A model generated the notes under the pieces. The model was not told the origin of the DNA, ran no database searches, and saw only the letters and a list, made by a program, of their open reading frames with translations. A program made the translations under genes and the position numbers. From an uncultured Gammaproteobacteria bacterium (lineage in GTDB: Bacteria; Patescibacteriota; Patescibacteriia; UBA1558; GWA2-36-10), in NCBI GenBank assembly GCA_964638415.1, contig CAZWYP010000005.1, forward strand, positions 4,121-68,120: a stretch of 64,000 nucleotides of DNA, read 5' to 3'. Of this stretch, positions 37,772 to 46,650 are shown in pieces (the first letter of the stretch is position 1; every line of letters begins with the position of its first letter).

Positions 37772-40732
37772 ATGGCTAAATTCGTAATCAGCGCTGACGA
37801 ACAAGCAGTCAGCCGGACCTTAAGCCTTGTCCTCTCCCCCCTACCGAAAGAAAACGGGGTGTTTTTGTGGTGTCTGGAAAATAATAAAGAGGTAAAAAAC
37901 TACTATGACTTGTTGCTCATTTGGCAAGAGCATTGTAACTTAAAAAATAAAATTATTGCCTGGCCAGATAAAGAGATTCCCGATTTAGCCACGCTTTCCG
38001 CTCTCTACCAAAACCAACCAGCTATTATCTTAACCACTGCTAATAATCTTAACCAAGCCATACCTGACTGGCAGCAACTGAAAGACCAGCGGCTTAGCTT
38101 AGAATTAGGACAAATAATAAATCTTCCGGATTTAATACAACAATTAGTATCTTTAGGCTTAAGCCGGGAAAATGAAGCCTGGCATAACCAAACTTTCAGT
38201 GTTAACGGTAGCTTAATTAACCTCTGCCAAAACAATACTCTTTACCGCCTTAATGTCTGGGAAAATAAATTGGAGAATATTAAAGCGATCAATCTTTTAG
38301 ATAATAACACCAGTGAATTAAAAAACTTAAATATCTGGCCGGCTAAAATAGTCCAAACTACCAAGCTTGGCAATAACTGGCCAAACCGCTGCACTCTAAT
38401 CACTGACCAGCCGGAAATTTTAAAATTTAATTTCAGCAGTAATAACATTATCTTTGACAACCTGTCTGTTAAACCGGATTTTAAACTGACTTCAGAAAAC
38501 ATTGACCTGAAGCTAAGCCAAAATGAACAGCTTAAATTCCTTTTAGCTAAACAAGACTGGCAAGTATTCTGGTTTAATAAAAACCAGACTTTAGCTCAAG
38601 AATTAATTAAAAAACAAAAATTAAACATAACTTTACTAAACTGGCAGCAAGGCTTAAGCTGGCCGCGCCCGCAAATATTCCCTGACCAGAAAATCATTGT
38701 CGTTAACGATAATCTGTTTTTCCTAACCGATGAGGAAAAAAGCCAAGCTCCTTTCAAAGAATTCATGCCGGATTTCCAAATTGGCGACTTGGTAGTCCAT
38801 CGGGATCACGGCATCGGCCAATTAGAAAAAATAACCGAGCTGGAAGTTGACGGACTTAAACACGAGTATCTGGTTTTAAGCTATGCAGATAATGACACGC
38901 TTTTTGTACCACTGGATTTGGCAGATAAGGTGGAAAAATATGTGGGACCGGCTAATCCTAAAATAAACCGCTTATCCGTAGGAAATAACTGGCCGCAGAC
39001 TCTGCGGAAAATTAAGGCGGAAACTTGGACACTGGCTAACCAGCTATTGCAAATTGAAGCTGCCCGCAAACTGCACCTTACTCCTTCTTTCACTAAAACT
39101 GACTTATTAAACAAAGTAATAAATGATTTTCCCTACCAAGCCACTCCTTCGCAAGCTCAAGCAATTAATGATGTGCTGCGCGATCTCAAAGCTTCATATC
39201 CCGCTGATCGTTTAATCTGCGGCGATGTCGGTTTTGGCAAAACCGAAGTGGCGTTACGGGCAGCAGCGGTAGTGGCAGACAGTGGCTGGCAAGTAGCCTT
39301 GCTCTGTCCCACTACTATTCTCGCCCAACAGCATTATGATAATTTCACCAGCCGCTTAGAAAAATACCATGTCCGTATTGGCTTGCTTACCCGCTGGCAG
39401 ACAGACAAAGAAATCCAAGAAACCTTGGGTAAAATAAAAAACGGCGAGATAGATATTATCATCGGCACGCACCGCTTGCTGTCTCGGGATATTCAGATTC
39501 CCAAACTGCAATTATTAATCATCGATGAAGAGCAAAACTTCGGTGTAGAAGACAAGGAAAAACTGAAAAAAAGAAAGGCGGAAATCAATGTGCTTACTTT
39601 GTCAGCCACTCCCATTCCCCGCACTTTAAACATGGCACTATCCTTAATTAAAGATATTAGCCTAATCACTCACCCCATTACCGACCGCAAGGACATTATT
39701 ACCCAAGTCTCCCCCACTTCAGATAAAATAATCCAAGAAGCAATTAACAGGGAATTATTAAGAAAAGGCCAGGTGTATTTTCTGCATAACCGGGTGGAAA
39801 CCATTAATTTCGCTTACCAGAAAATTAACAAACTTTTCCCGCAAGCTAAAATTGCTATTGCTCACGGCCAAATGGAAGACAAGGAATTAGCCGAAGTCAT
39901 GCATCAGTTTGACACCGGTAAAATTAATATCCTAATCTGCTCTACCATTATTGCCAATGGCTTGGATATTCCCAATGCCAATACTCTAATTATTACTGAA
40001 GCGGATCGCTTTGGCTTGTCCCAACTTCATCAATTAAGAGGCAGAATTGGCCGGTCCCATAAACAAGCTTTTGCTTACTTTCTATACAATGCTCCTAAAC
40101 TGCCGAAACTTGCTGCTCAGCGCTTAGCGCACTTAAAGCTGGCTTCTGGTTTGGGCGATGGCTTCAAAATCGCCCACCGGGACTTAGAATTAAGAGGAGT
40201 TGGCCAGATCTTAGGCAAGGCTCAGAGCGGTAAAGTAAAAAGCATTGGCTTGGGTCTTTACCAGCAATTAATCGCTGAAACTATTGCTGAACTAAAAGGC
40301 AATAAATACCAAAACTGGCGGGAGGTGGAATTAAAAATTAACTTAGATATTTCCCTGCCGGAAAAATTCTTTAAGTCGCCGGAAGATAAATTATCTTTTT
40401 ACCAAAAGATTGCCAGAATGCATAATCTAGCAGAGCTGGAAGCAATGTCTAAAAAAATTACCAACGAGAATCACCTAAATCTGCTCTGGCTACAAAAAAT
40501 AAAAATATTGTGCCAACAAACTAATATAACTTCCCTTAACACCTACCGGGGACAAGGTAAGGAATTTTTAAGCATTAATTTCCTGCCGCCTTTAAATTAC
40601 CAAGCCGTGGAAAAATTACTGAAAATAAATCCCGCTTGGAAATTTACCGACAGCCAATTAAAAATAGATAAAAGCCAATTAGGTAATAATATAAAATTAG
40701 AGATAGAGAAAGTAATAAGTTTATTCAAATAG
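37772..40732 (+). CDS. mfd: Transcription-repair coupling factor with divergent N-terminus
   Basis: GDLVVH.DHGIG (RID), CGDVGFGKTEVA, DEEQ, SATPIPRTL, QLRGRIGR. Confidence 0.93.
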   Translation: MAKFVISADEQAVSRTLSLVLSPLPKENGVFLWCLENNKEVKNYYDLLLIWQEHCNLKNKIIAWPDKEIPDLATLSALYQNQPAIILTTANNLNQAIPDWQQLKDQRLSLELGQIINLPDLIQQLVSLGLSRENEAWHNQTFSVNGSLINLCQNNTLYRLNVWENKLENIKAINLLDNNTSELKNLNIWPAKIVQTTKLGNNWPNRCTLITDQPEILKFNFSSNNIIFDNLSVKPDFKLTSENIDLKLSQNEQLKFLLAKQDWQVFWFNKNQTLAQELIKKQKLNITLLNWQQGLSWPRPQIFPDQKIIVVNDNLFFLTDEEKSQAPFKEFMPDFQIGDLVVHRDHGIGQLEKITELEVDGLKHEYLVLSYADNDTLFVPLDLADKVEKYVGPANPKINRLSVGNNWPQTLRKIKAETWTLANQLLQIEAARKLHLTPSFTKTDLLNKVINDFPYQATPSQAQAINDVLRDLKASYPADRLICGDVGFGKTEVALRAAAVVADSGWQVALLCPTTILAQQHYDNFTSRLEKYHVRIGLLTRWQTDKEIQETLGKIKNGEIDIIIGTHRLLSRDIQIPKLQLLIIDEEQNFGVEDKEKLKKRKAEINVLTLSATPIPRTLNMALSLIKDISLITHPITDRKDIITQVSPTSDKIIQEAINRELLRKGQVYFLHNRVETINFAYQKINKLFPQAKIAIAHGQMEDKELAEVMHQFDTGKINILICSTIIANGLDIPNANTLIITEADRFGLSQLHQLRGRIGRSHKQAFAYFLYNAPKLPKLAAQRLAHLKLASGLGDGFKIAHRDLELRGVGQILGKAQSGKVKSIGLGLYQQLIAETIAELKGNKYQNWREVELKINLDISLPEKFFKSPEDKLSFYQKIARMHNLAELEAMSKKITNENHLNLLWLQKIKILCQQTNITSLNTYRGQGKEFLSINFLPPLNYQAVEKLLKINPAWKFTDSQLKIDKSQLGNNIKLEIEKVISLFK

Positions 40733-40763
40733 AAAAGCCGCAACTTCAAGTCACGGCTTTTTT
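40733..40763. terminator. Bidirectional terminator
   Basis: AAAAGCCG...CGGCTTTTTT. Confidence 0.7.
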
Positions 40764-40778
40764 GTTGGCGGAAAAAAC

Positions 40779-41300
40779 TCAATTATCCAAGTATCCGGCA
40801 GCTTCATACAAGCTGTCAAATTTCTGCTTGGCCGGCTGCCAGTACTTCCACGCATCTTCCAGTCTACCTTTGGCGATGGCTATCTTCATGCTCATCTCGG
40901 AATGGATGGCGCTAGGAAAATATTCCGGCGCCCTCAAGGGCAATAGATAGACTGGCGACAACAACTGCTGGGGAAGATTGGAGTAAATAAGACCTGGCGA
41001 CTCGTATAACACATGAAACAGTTCAGTCTCATGCTGAGAGACATCTCTTGCCAGGTGAGCATACTCCGCATTCAAGCCGGGCTCGTCTTCATGACCGAAA
41101 TCAATATCTTGGATTACCACTTTCTGGTATTCCATTATCGCTTCATGGTAATTGATGCCGGCCAGCTCAAAGAACAATAAATGTTCTTGCAGCTGTTGCT
41201 GAGCCTCCTCTTGGTTGTTGCAACCTACCACTCCCAGTAAAGCAAAAAACGTGACAGCGGTAAGAGTAACAAAGCGAAACCAATAAAAAGACTTCTCCAT
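40779..41300 (-). CDS. Orphan lipoprotein
   Basis: ATG 41300 with AAGGAGGTG SD; lipobox VVG-C. Confidence 0.7.
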   Translation of the reverse strand: MEKSFYWFRFVTLTAVTFFALLGVVGCNNQEEAQQQLQEHLLFFELAGINYHEAIMEYQKVVIQDIDFGHEDEPGLNAEYAHLARDVSQHETELFHVLYESPGLIYSNLPQQLLSPVYLLPLRAPEYFPSAIHSEMSMKIAIAKGRLEDAWKYWQPAKQKFDSLYEAAGYLDN

Positions 41301-41408
41301 CTCACACCTCCTTAAGGCATGTTTGTGTATGGTGCTAATTAACAATGCTTTATATCATAAAACATCATAATTGTCAACTATAAATAAATATGTTAAATTT
41401 ACTCTACT

Positions 41409-41855
41409 ATGCCTATTCTAGCCCACAACAAGCGAGCAACCTTTGACTATCAGATTGAAGAAGAATTTGAAGCTGGCTTAAAATTGTCCGGGGCGGAAGT
41501 AAAAGCCGCTAAATTAGGACATATTAGCCTACAAGGCAGTTTTGTGACTATCCGGCATAATGAAGCCTGGTTAAGAAAAATGCATATTTCCCCTTATCAG
41601 AAAGCTAGTGGACAGCAAGTAGGCTATGAACCGGAACATGATCGCAAGCTACTGCTAAAGAAGAAAGAAATAGCCCATTTAACAGGAAAAATCCACGAAA
41701 AAGGCTTGACAGTAATACCCATTTCAGTGTATACTACGCGCAGGTTAATTAAAGTAAAAATTGCTTTAGTTAAGCCGACTAAGAAGTTTGACAAGCGTCA
41801 AATCATTAAAAAACGCGATTTAGATCGCGAAATAGCTCGCCATTTGAAAAATTAA
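41409..41855 (+). CDS. smpB: SsrA-binding protein
   Basis: NKRA.FDY, EAG..L.G.EVK, RKLLL. Confidence 0.96.
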   Translation: MPILAHNKRATFDYQIEEEFEAGLKLSGAEVKAAKLGHISLQGSFVTIRHNEAWLRKMHISPYQKASGQQVGYEPEHDRKLLLKKKEIAHLTGKIHEKGLTVIPISVYTTRRLIKVKIALVKPTKKFDKRQIIKKRDLDREIARHLKN

Positions 41856-41882
41856 ATACTTTTATGCATTATTATTTTATGC

Positions 41883-42264
41883 GGGGATGTTTTATCTTCG
41901 CTGGCAATTAAAATAATAAATCGCAAGCTGAGCCGATCACCTCATAAAACTGGTCATTAAATTAAGTGCCAAAAACTTAGTTGCGAAAGCCAAAGAACTT
42001 TTCCAGGTTCCTCAACTTTCACCAGTCTTAGCTTAAGTGCTCAAGACCGTCTCTTAAGGCTTGTTTGGGGCTTTAAGTCAGGCGTCATTTTCCAAACTTA
42101 GAAATGCTTAATGGCCGGTGAGCATTTCAAAAACTTTCGGCCTGCAATTAGTAGTGTTTTGCTGGTTTTAGAGCTATTAATCAAAGTGGAAAAAACCAAC
42201 TAAGCTTGTAGAAGTTTGTTAGGCTAATTGTTAGACAGGGGCGCAATCCCCCTCATCTCCACCA
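41883..42264 (+). ncRNA. ssrA: tmRNA
   Basis: 5' GGGGATG pairs with 3' CATCTCC-ACCA including the G3-U pair; tag frame 41968-42036 AKNLVAKAKELFQVPQLSPVLA*; follows smpB. Confidence 0.92.
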
Positions 42265-42300
42265 CTCAAGAAGCGGTCTAAAGCCGCTAACGGGGACCAA

Positions 42301-42870
42301 ATTATCATTAACCAAAAAAATATAAATAACTATTTCCAAAACCGCCAAGCGTCAAATAACCGACGCTATCGGATCAACCAATTCATTCGCGTACCGGAAG
42401 TGGTCGTTATTGACGAGAACGGCAATAATTTAGGCGCAATGCCGACCAGCCAAGCTTTACAGCTGGCGGAAGCAAGAGAATTGGACCTAATTGAAGTTTC
42501 GCCACTAGCTCAACCACCAGTTTGCCGCATTACTGACTACGGAAAATTCCAATACCAACAAAGCCGCAGCCAGCAAAAAGCCAAGCAGCATATTAAAAAG
42601 GTTGAAGTTAAAGGCGTTCGTCTGTCTTTCAAGATCGGAGAGCATGATCTGGAAGTTAGGCGCAAACAAACAGAAAAATTCCTGGAACAGGGGCATAAAG
42701 TAAGAATAGAAATGCGCCTGAGAGGAAGGGAAAAATCCCCGGCTTTTAGGGAAAAAACCAGGGAAGTGATTCATAAATTTATTTCCGGACTAAGTATTGA
42801 AGTCAAAACGGAAAAAGCAATGGATCAAATGGGCGGCACTATTACTATCATGATCAGTAAAAAACAATAA
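42301..42870 (+). CDS. infC: Translation initiation factor IF-3, probable non-AUG start
   Basis: RINQFI..PEV, LDLIEV, PPVCRI.DYGK; frame extends upstream of GTG 42400 to ATT/ATC/ATT at 42301-42309; exact start uncertain. Confidence 0.9.
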   Translation: MIINQKNINNYFQNRQASNNRRYRINQFIRVPEVVVIDENGNNLGAMPTSQALQLAEARELDLIEVSPLAQPPVCRITDYGKFQYQQSRSQQKAKQHIKKVEVKGVRLSFKIGEHDLEVRRKQTEKFLEQGHKVRIEMRLRGREKSPAFREKTREVIHKFISGLSIEVKTEKAMDQMGGTITIMISKKQ

Positions 42871-42874
42871 TCTT

Positions 42875-43069
42875 ATGAAATTGAAGACTAAAAAAGCTTT
42901 GAAGAAAAGAGTAAAAATTACCGGACGCAAGAAAGTGATGATCCGTACCGGTGGTCAGGACCATTTTAATTCCCGCGAAAGCGGCAAAGTCACCCGCAAT
43001 AAAAGACGGGATAAATCCATTGCTGATGTTAATGTAAAAAACGTTAAGCAATTATTGCCTTATTTATAA
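42875..43069 (+). CDS. rpmI: 50S ribosomal protein bL35
   Basis: KLKT.KA..KR.KITG; position between infC and rplT. Confidence 0.92.
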   Translation: MKLKTKKALKKRVKITGRKKVMIRTGGQDHFNSRESGKVTRNKRRDKSIADVNVKNVKQLLPYL

Positions 43070-43089
43070 ACCAGCATTAACAAAATACT

Positions 43090-43434
43090 ATGCCTAGAGT
43101 CAAAAGAGGAACTAGTCACGTTAAGAGACGAAAAAACTTATTAAAGAAAACCAAGGGATATAACTGGGGACGCAAGAAATTAGTCCGCTTAGCTTCTACC
43201 GCTGTTAAAAAAGCCGGCCAGCATGCTTTGCGCGACCGCCGCAAAAAGAAAAGAACTGCCCGCGCTTTATGGCAGACTAAGATAAACGCTGCTGTCCGTG
43301 AGCATAGCCTAACCTACTCCCGCTTTATCGATGCCTTGAAAAAATCAGGCAGTGAGCTAGACCGCAAAGTCTTAGCTCAATTAGCTGAAAAGCATCAAGC
43401 AGCTTTTGCTAATTTACTCAAAACTTTAAAATAA
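43090..43434 (+). CDS. rplT: 50S ribosomal protein bL20
   Basis: MPRVKRG, LW...INAA.R, LDRKVLA. Confidence 0.96.
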   Translation: MPRVKRGTSHVKRRKNLLKKTKGYNWGRKKLVRLASTAVKKAGQHALRDRRKKKRTARALWQTKINAAVREHSLTYSRFIDALKKSGSELDRKVLAQLAEKHQAAFANLLKTLK

Positions 43435-43442
43435 TCTCAACG

Positions 43443-43477
43443 AAAAAAGCCGTTTCGCAATAAGCGAAGCGGCTTTT
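43443..43477. terminator. Bidirectional terminator
   Basis: AAAAGCCGTTTCGC / GCGAAGCGGCTTTT. Confidence 0.75.
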
Positions 43478-43496
43478 AAGTTGATCCTGAAAAGAA

Positions 43497-44081
43497 TCAG
43501 TTGGAATTTTCTTCCAGTTTGAGCTTGGCAAAATGGCCAGCGCGGATGTCAGCAACAAAGCAAGCAACATAGCCAGCAACACCAACCCAGAAAAGAAAGG
43601 CAGGAAATCCAGACAGCAAATCAGTGTAGAAGTAGTGCCAGAGACAAAAAGTTGCGACTGCTACTCCGAAACCATGGTAGAAGGAGTGAAATGTTCCGCC
43701 CCAACTAACCTTTCCAGCTTTCGGAAATCCCCAGTCAGGTTTATGCCTCTTATCTTTCGTACACATCTTACTGAACAGGCTTGAATCAACACAGAAGATG
43801 ATCACGAACACTACAGTGTTGAAAAATGTTATAGCCCCTGGCGCAAACAACAGCAAGTGCCAGAAAGCTATGAACATACCGTTCAAGAACACCGTGTCAC
43901 CAATTCTCTGCGCGTGGAAATCCTGCCAGTGCAGGAATTCCTGGCGCGTGCCGGGAATGATGCTTCCGCGCTCAGCAATCTTTCCCTTAGCCAGCTCAAG
44001 CTGCTGGATAAGGAAGTTTATGGCGATAACCGCCAAATTCAAGAAGATGACCGTCAGCGTCAATGGAAATGAAAATTCCAT
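43497..44081 (-). CDS. Orphan membrane protein (about 5 TM, His-containing)
   Basis: Hydrophobic helices; HKPDWGF, H..YH; AAGGAG SD. Confidence 0.7.
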   Translation of the reverse strand: MEFSFPLTLTVIFLNLAVIAINFLIQQLELAKGKIAERGSIIPGTRQEFLHWQDFHAQRIGDTVFLNGMFIAFWHLLLFAPGAITFFNTVVFVIIFCVDSSLFSKMCTKDKRHKPDWGFPKAGKVSWGGTFHSFYHGFGVAVATFCLWHYFYTDLLSGFPAFLFWVGVAGYVACFVADIRAGHFAKLKLEENSN

Positions 44082-44199
44082 TGAAAAACTCCTTATTTTA
44101 AGTTATAGAGAACGATTAACTAATTACTATATATTAGCATATTTTCATATTTTTGTCAATAGTATACCAAAATACCCTATTTTACCATATAATTAAACT

Positions 44200-44829
44200 A
44201 TGAAAAGACTAATAATAATTAGCTTTATTAGCATTATCCTTACTGGCTGTTTCAACCAAAATAGCCAAGTAAACACCAATATCGAATCCAATGACTTCAG
44301 CAATAACCCTACGGATAATGCCCCTATAGAGTCATTTCACCCTCCCCTAACTCTGGTCAAGGAAAGAATAACCAAAAAACCTTTTGGCTTGAAAGTGTCG
44401 CCACAGAATTCTCCTGTAAAGCCGGAAATTTTTTCCGGCTATCATACAGGCACGGACTTTGAAATTTTCCCGGAAGAAGCAGATTTAGCCACTCCTGTTT
44501 CAGCCATTTGCGATGGTAAAATAATCTCCGCTAGAAATGCCAGTGGCTATGGCGGCGTAGTAATACAATCCTGTGAATATAACAATGAACCAATTACTGT
44601 TGTTTACGGACATTTGTCTTTAAGCAGTCTGCTTAAAGAAGCTGGCGAGGATATTAAAGCTGGAGAATATTTAGCTAATTTAGGTGATGGCTATTCTCTA
44701 GAAACAGATAATGAAAGAAAACATCTGCACTTAGGCATTCACTTAGGAACAGAGATAAATATCAAAGGCTATGTGCAGAATGAATCGGAGTTATCTCAAT
44801 GGCTGGATTACCAAAAAATAAACAATTAA
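44200..44829 (+). CDS. M23-family peptidase lipoprotein
   Basis: Lipobox LTG-C; HTGTDF, YGH, HLH. Confidence 0.88.
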   Translation: MKRLIIISFISIILTGCFNQNSQVNTNIESNDFSNNPTDNAPIESFHPPLTLVKERITKKPFGLKVSPQNSPVKPEIFSGYHTGTDFEIFPEEADLATPVSAICDGKIISARNASGYGGVVIQSCEYNNEPITVVYGHLSLSSLLKEAGEDIKAGEYLANLGDGYSLETDNERKHLHLGIHLGTEINIKGYVQNESELSQWLDYQKINN

Positions 44830-44866
44830 AAAATCACCACATAATAGCGGTGATTTTTTAATTAGC

Positions 44867-45097
44867 TTACATGCCAGTAGTTTTCATACCGCCTTTGTCG
44901 CAAACCTTACAATTACCCTTGTGAGTAAATAATTCATAGAGAGCGGAAAGACCTACCAAGATATAAATTATTCTGGCTGGCCACATATCCATACCGCCAA
45001 TCCAAGCACCGACATCAGTCATAAAAATACCATAAAGCAACCAATTCAAGCCGCCGATGACCAGCAGGATAAAGGTTATCATATGTATTCCTTTCAT
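44867..45097 (-). CDS. DUF378 membrane protein
   Basis: LLVIGGLNW, IYILVGLSA. Confidence 0.88.
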   Translation of the reverse strand: MKGIHMITFILLVIGGLNWLLYGIFMTDVGAWIGGMDMWPARIIYILVGLSALYELFTHKGNCKVCDKGGMKTTGM

Positions 45098-45169
45098 ATT
45101 CTCACCTCCTCTCTCTGTCTTGATTAACCTAATTTAAGTATATTATATTGGCTAATTTAAGTCAAAACA

Positions 45170-46120
45170 CTAAGGTATTAATTCACTCCAAGCGCAATTA
45201 GCTATTTCCTGATTACAATTATACCTAACTTTTCTGGTAGCATTAGTGGTAGAAGCTGTAGCCTGGATATTGGAATTGCATTGCACTTCTTCGCCACAAC
45301 CTTCTGGCCAAGGGGTAATCACTAAATTAGCGTCATCAAAGCTGAAATCCATTGCCGATTGTACCGTATGCCTTTCCGCAAAATAAATCTCTACAATATT
45401 ATCTCCAGCTCGCAAAAACAAAGTTCCAACTTCCGGAGTATTAGCATGGGTACCACTATTATTCACCACCACAATGCCATTAACTAAAATCCAACTATCA
45501 TCATCCGAAGCCAGACTAAAGCCATAATTGCCGTCAATAGGAGCTGTCACTCTAGCCCGCCAATGCATACCAAAATGGTAATCATGATTATACCCCTCCA
45601 TATTTTCCCAAACCGTGCCGTCATACGGATACCAAGAGCTGCCAAATAATAAATCCGCATCAATCTGCTCGTGGGTTTTGTAAATATCATCATACCAATC
45701 ATGCTCAGTAGGTGTTGGTGTGGGGCCGGGATAAGGATTAACTTCCATATCTGGATGGGTGACGGAATAATTAAACCATTCTCCCCACCAGCCGGAATCC
45801 GGAACATACTGACACTCGGGAATCGGCTGGCAAGCACCTTCTTCTTCAACAAATTCGCTACTGACCGGAATACTATCCACGCTTAAAATTGGAAAGGTAT
45901 AATTATTATGATCTCTTCTTAACTGCATTAAAGACTCTCCTACTCCCGATTCAGCCGCATAAAAACTCTGGATAGAATCAGAAAAAGAATTAAAGCTTTC
46001 TTTGGTATTTAAAAAAATATGCATCAAGGACAACACAATGGATAAAATCCCTCCGGTAATTAACAAGGCGGCAACCAAAACCGCTGCTCCTGATTCAGAT
46101 TGTCTTATTCGTTTAATCAT
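45170..46120 (-). CDS. PilX-like minor pilin with PA14 domain
   Basis: G|AAVLV hydrophobic helix without E5; YAAESG; PA14 motif F.LASDD.SW..VNG..VVNN.G.H. Confidence 0.78.
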   Translation of the reverse strand: MIKRIRQSESGAAVLVAALLITGGILSIVLSLMHIFLNTKESFNSFSDSIQSFYAAESGVGESLMQLRRDHNNYTFPILSVDSIPVSSEFVEEEGACQPIPECQYVPDSGWWGEWFNYSVTHPDMEVNPYPGPTPTPTEHDWYDDIYKTHEQIDADLLFGSSWYPYDGTVWENMEGYNHDYHFGMHWRARVTAPIDGNYGFSLASDDDSWILVNGIVVVNNSGTHANTPEVGTLFLRAGDNIVEIYFAERHTVQSAMDFSFDDANLVITPWPEGCGEEVQCNSNIQATASTTNATRKVRYNCNQEIANCAWSELIP

Positions 46121-46650
46121 CTTAAGCTAAAAAATACTTCAAATTGCTTTTGGTAATACCCATAAAATTCTTCGGGCTGTCCGACGGTTAAAGTAAAGTT
46201 AATCAAAACCCCCTGATTGGCATTGCCTTCACTATCGGCAACAGTGTCAATAGCAAAGTCAGAGACTGCTACCTGATCATTATTTAAAACTACTGGCTCC
46301 GCGGTAGACTGTTCAGGAAATCCAGTACCAGTATCTTGGACCTCCTGGTAAACTAAATCATTATTCTCTAATTTTAAACTAAAACGCTTATCTGGAATCT
46401 GGTAAAAATGCCAACCTTCTGGTGCCGGGGAAACATCATCTATTAAATCAACGTTATGCACTTTATTGTTCAATAAATTAATAATAAACCGGCCATTGCT
46501 CTGAACTAGATCGGCAGCACGGAATTGACGTCGGGTATTGAAAACATTAATAGCTACCGAAGCGATTACCAAAAGTAATAAGCCCATGATCATAAGATAC
46601 AAGAGTGTTTCTAATAAAGAAAATCCTTGTTGTCTATTTATCTTCATCAT
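46117..46650 (-). CDS. Prepilin-type minor pilin
   Basis: QQG|FSLLE cleavage/methylation motif. Confidence 0.85.
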   Translation of the reverse strand: MMKINRQQGFSLLETLLYLMIMGLLLLVIASVAINVFNTRRQFRAADLVQSNGRFIINLLNNKVHNVDLIDDVSPAPEGWHFYQIPDKRFSLKLENNDLVYQEVQDTGTGFPEQSTAEPVVLNNDQVAVSDFAIDTVADSEGNANQGVLINFTLTVGQPEEFYGYYQKQFEVFFSLR

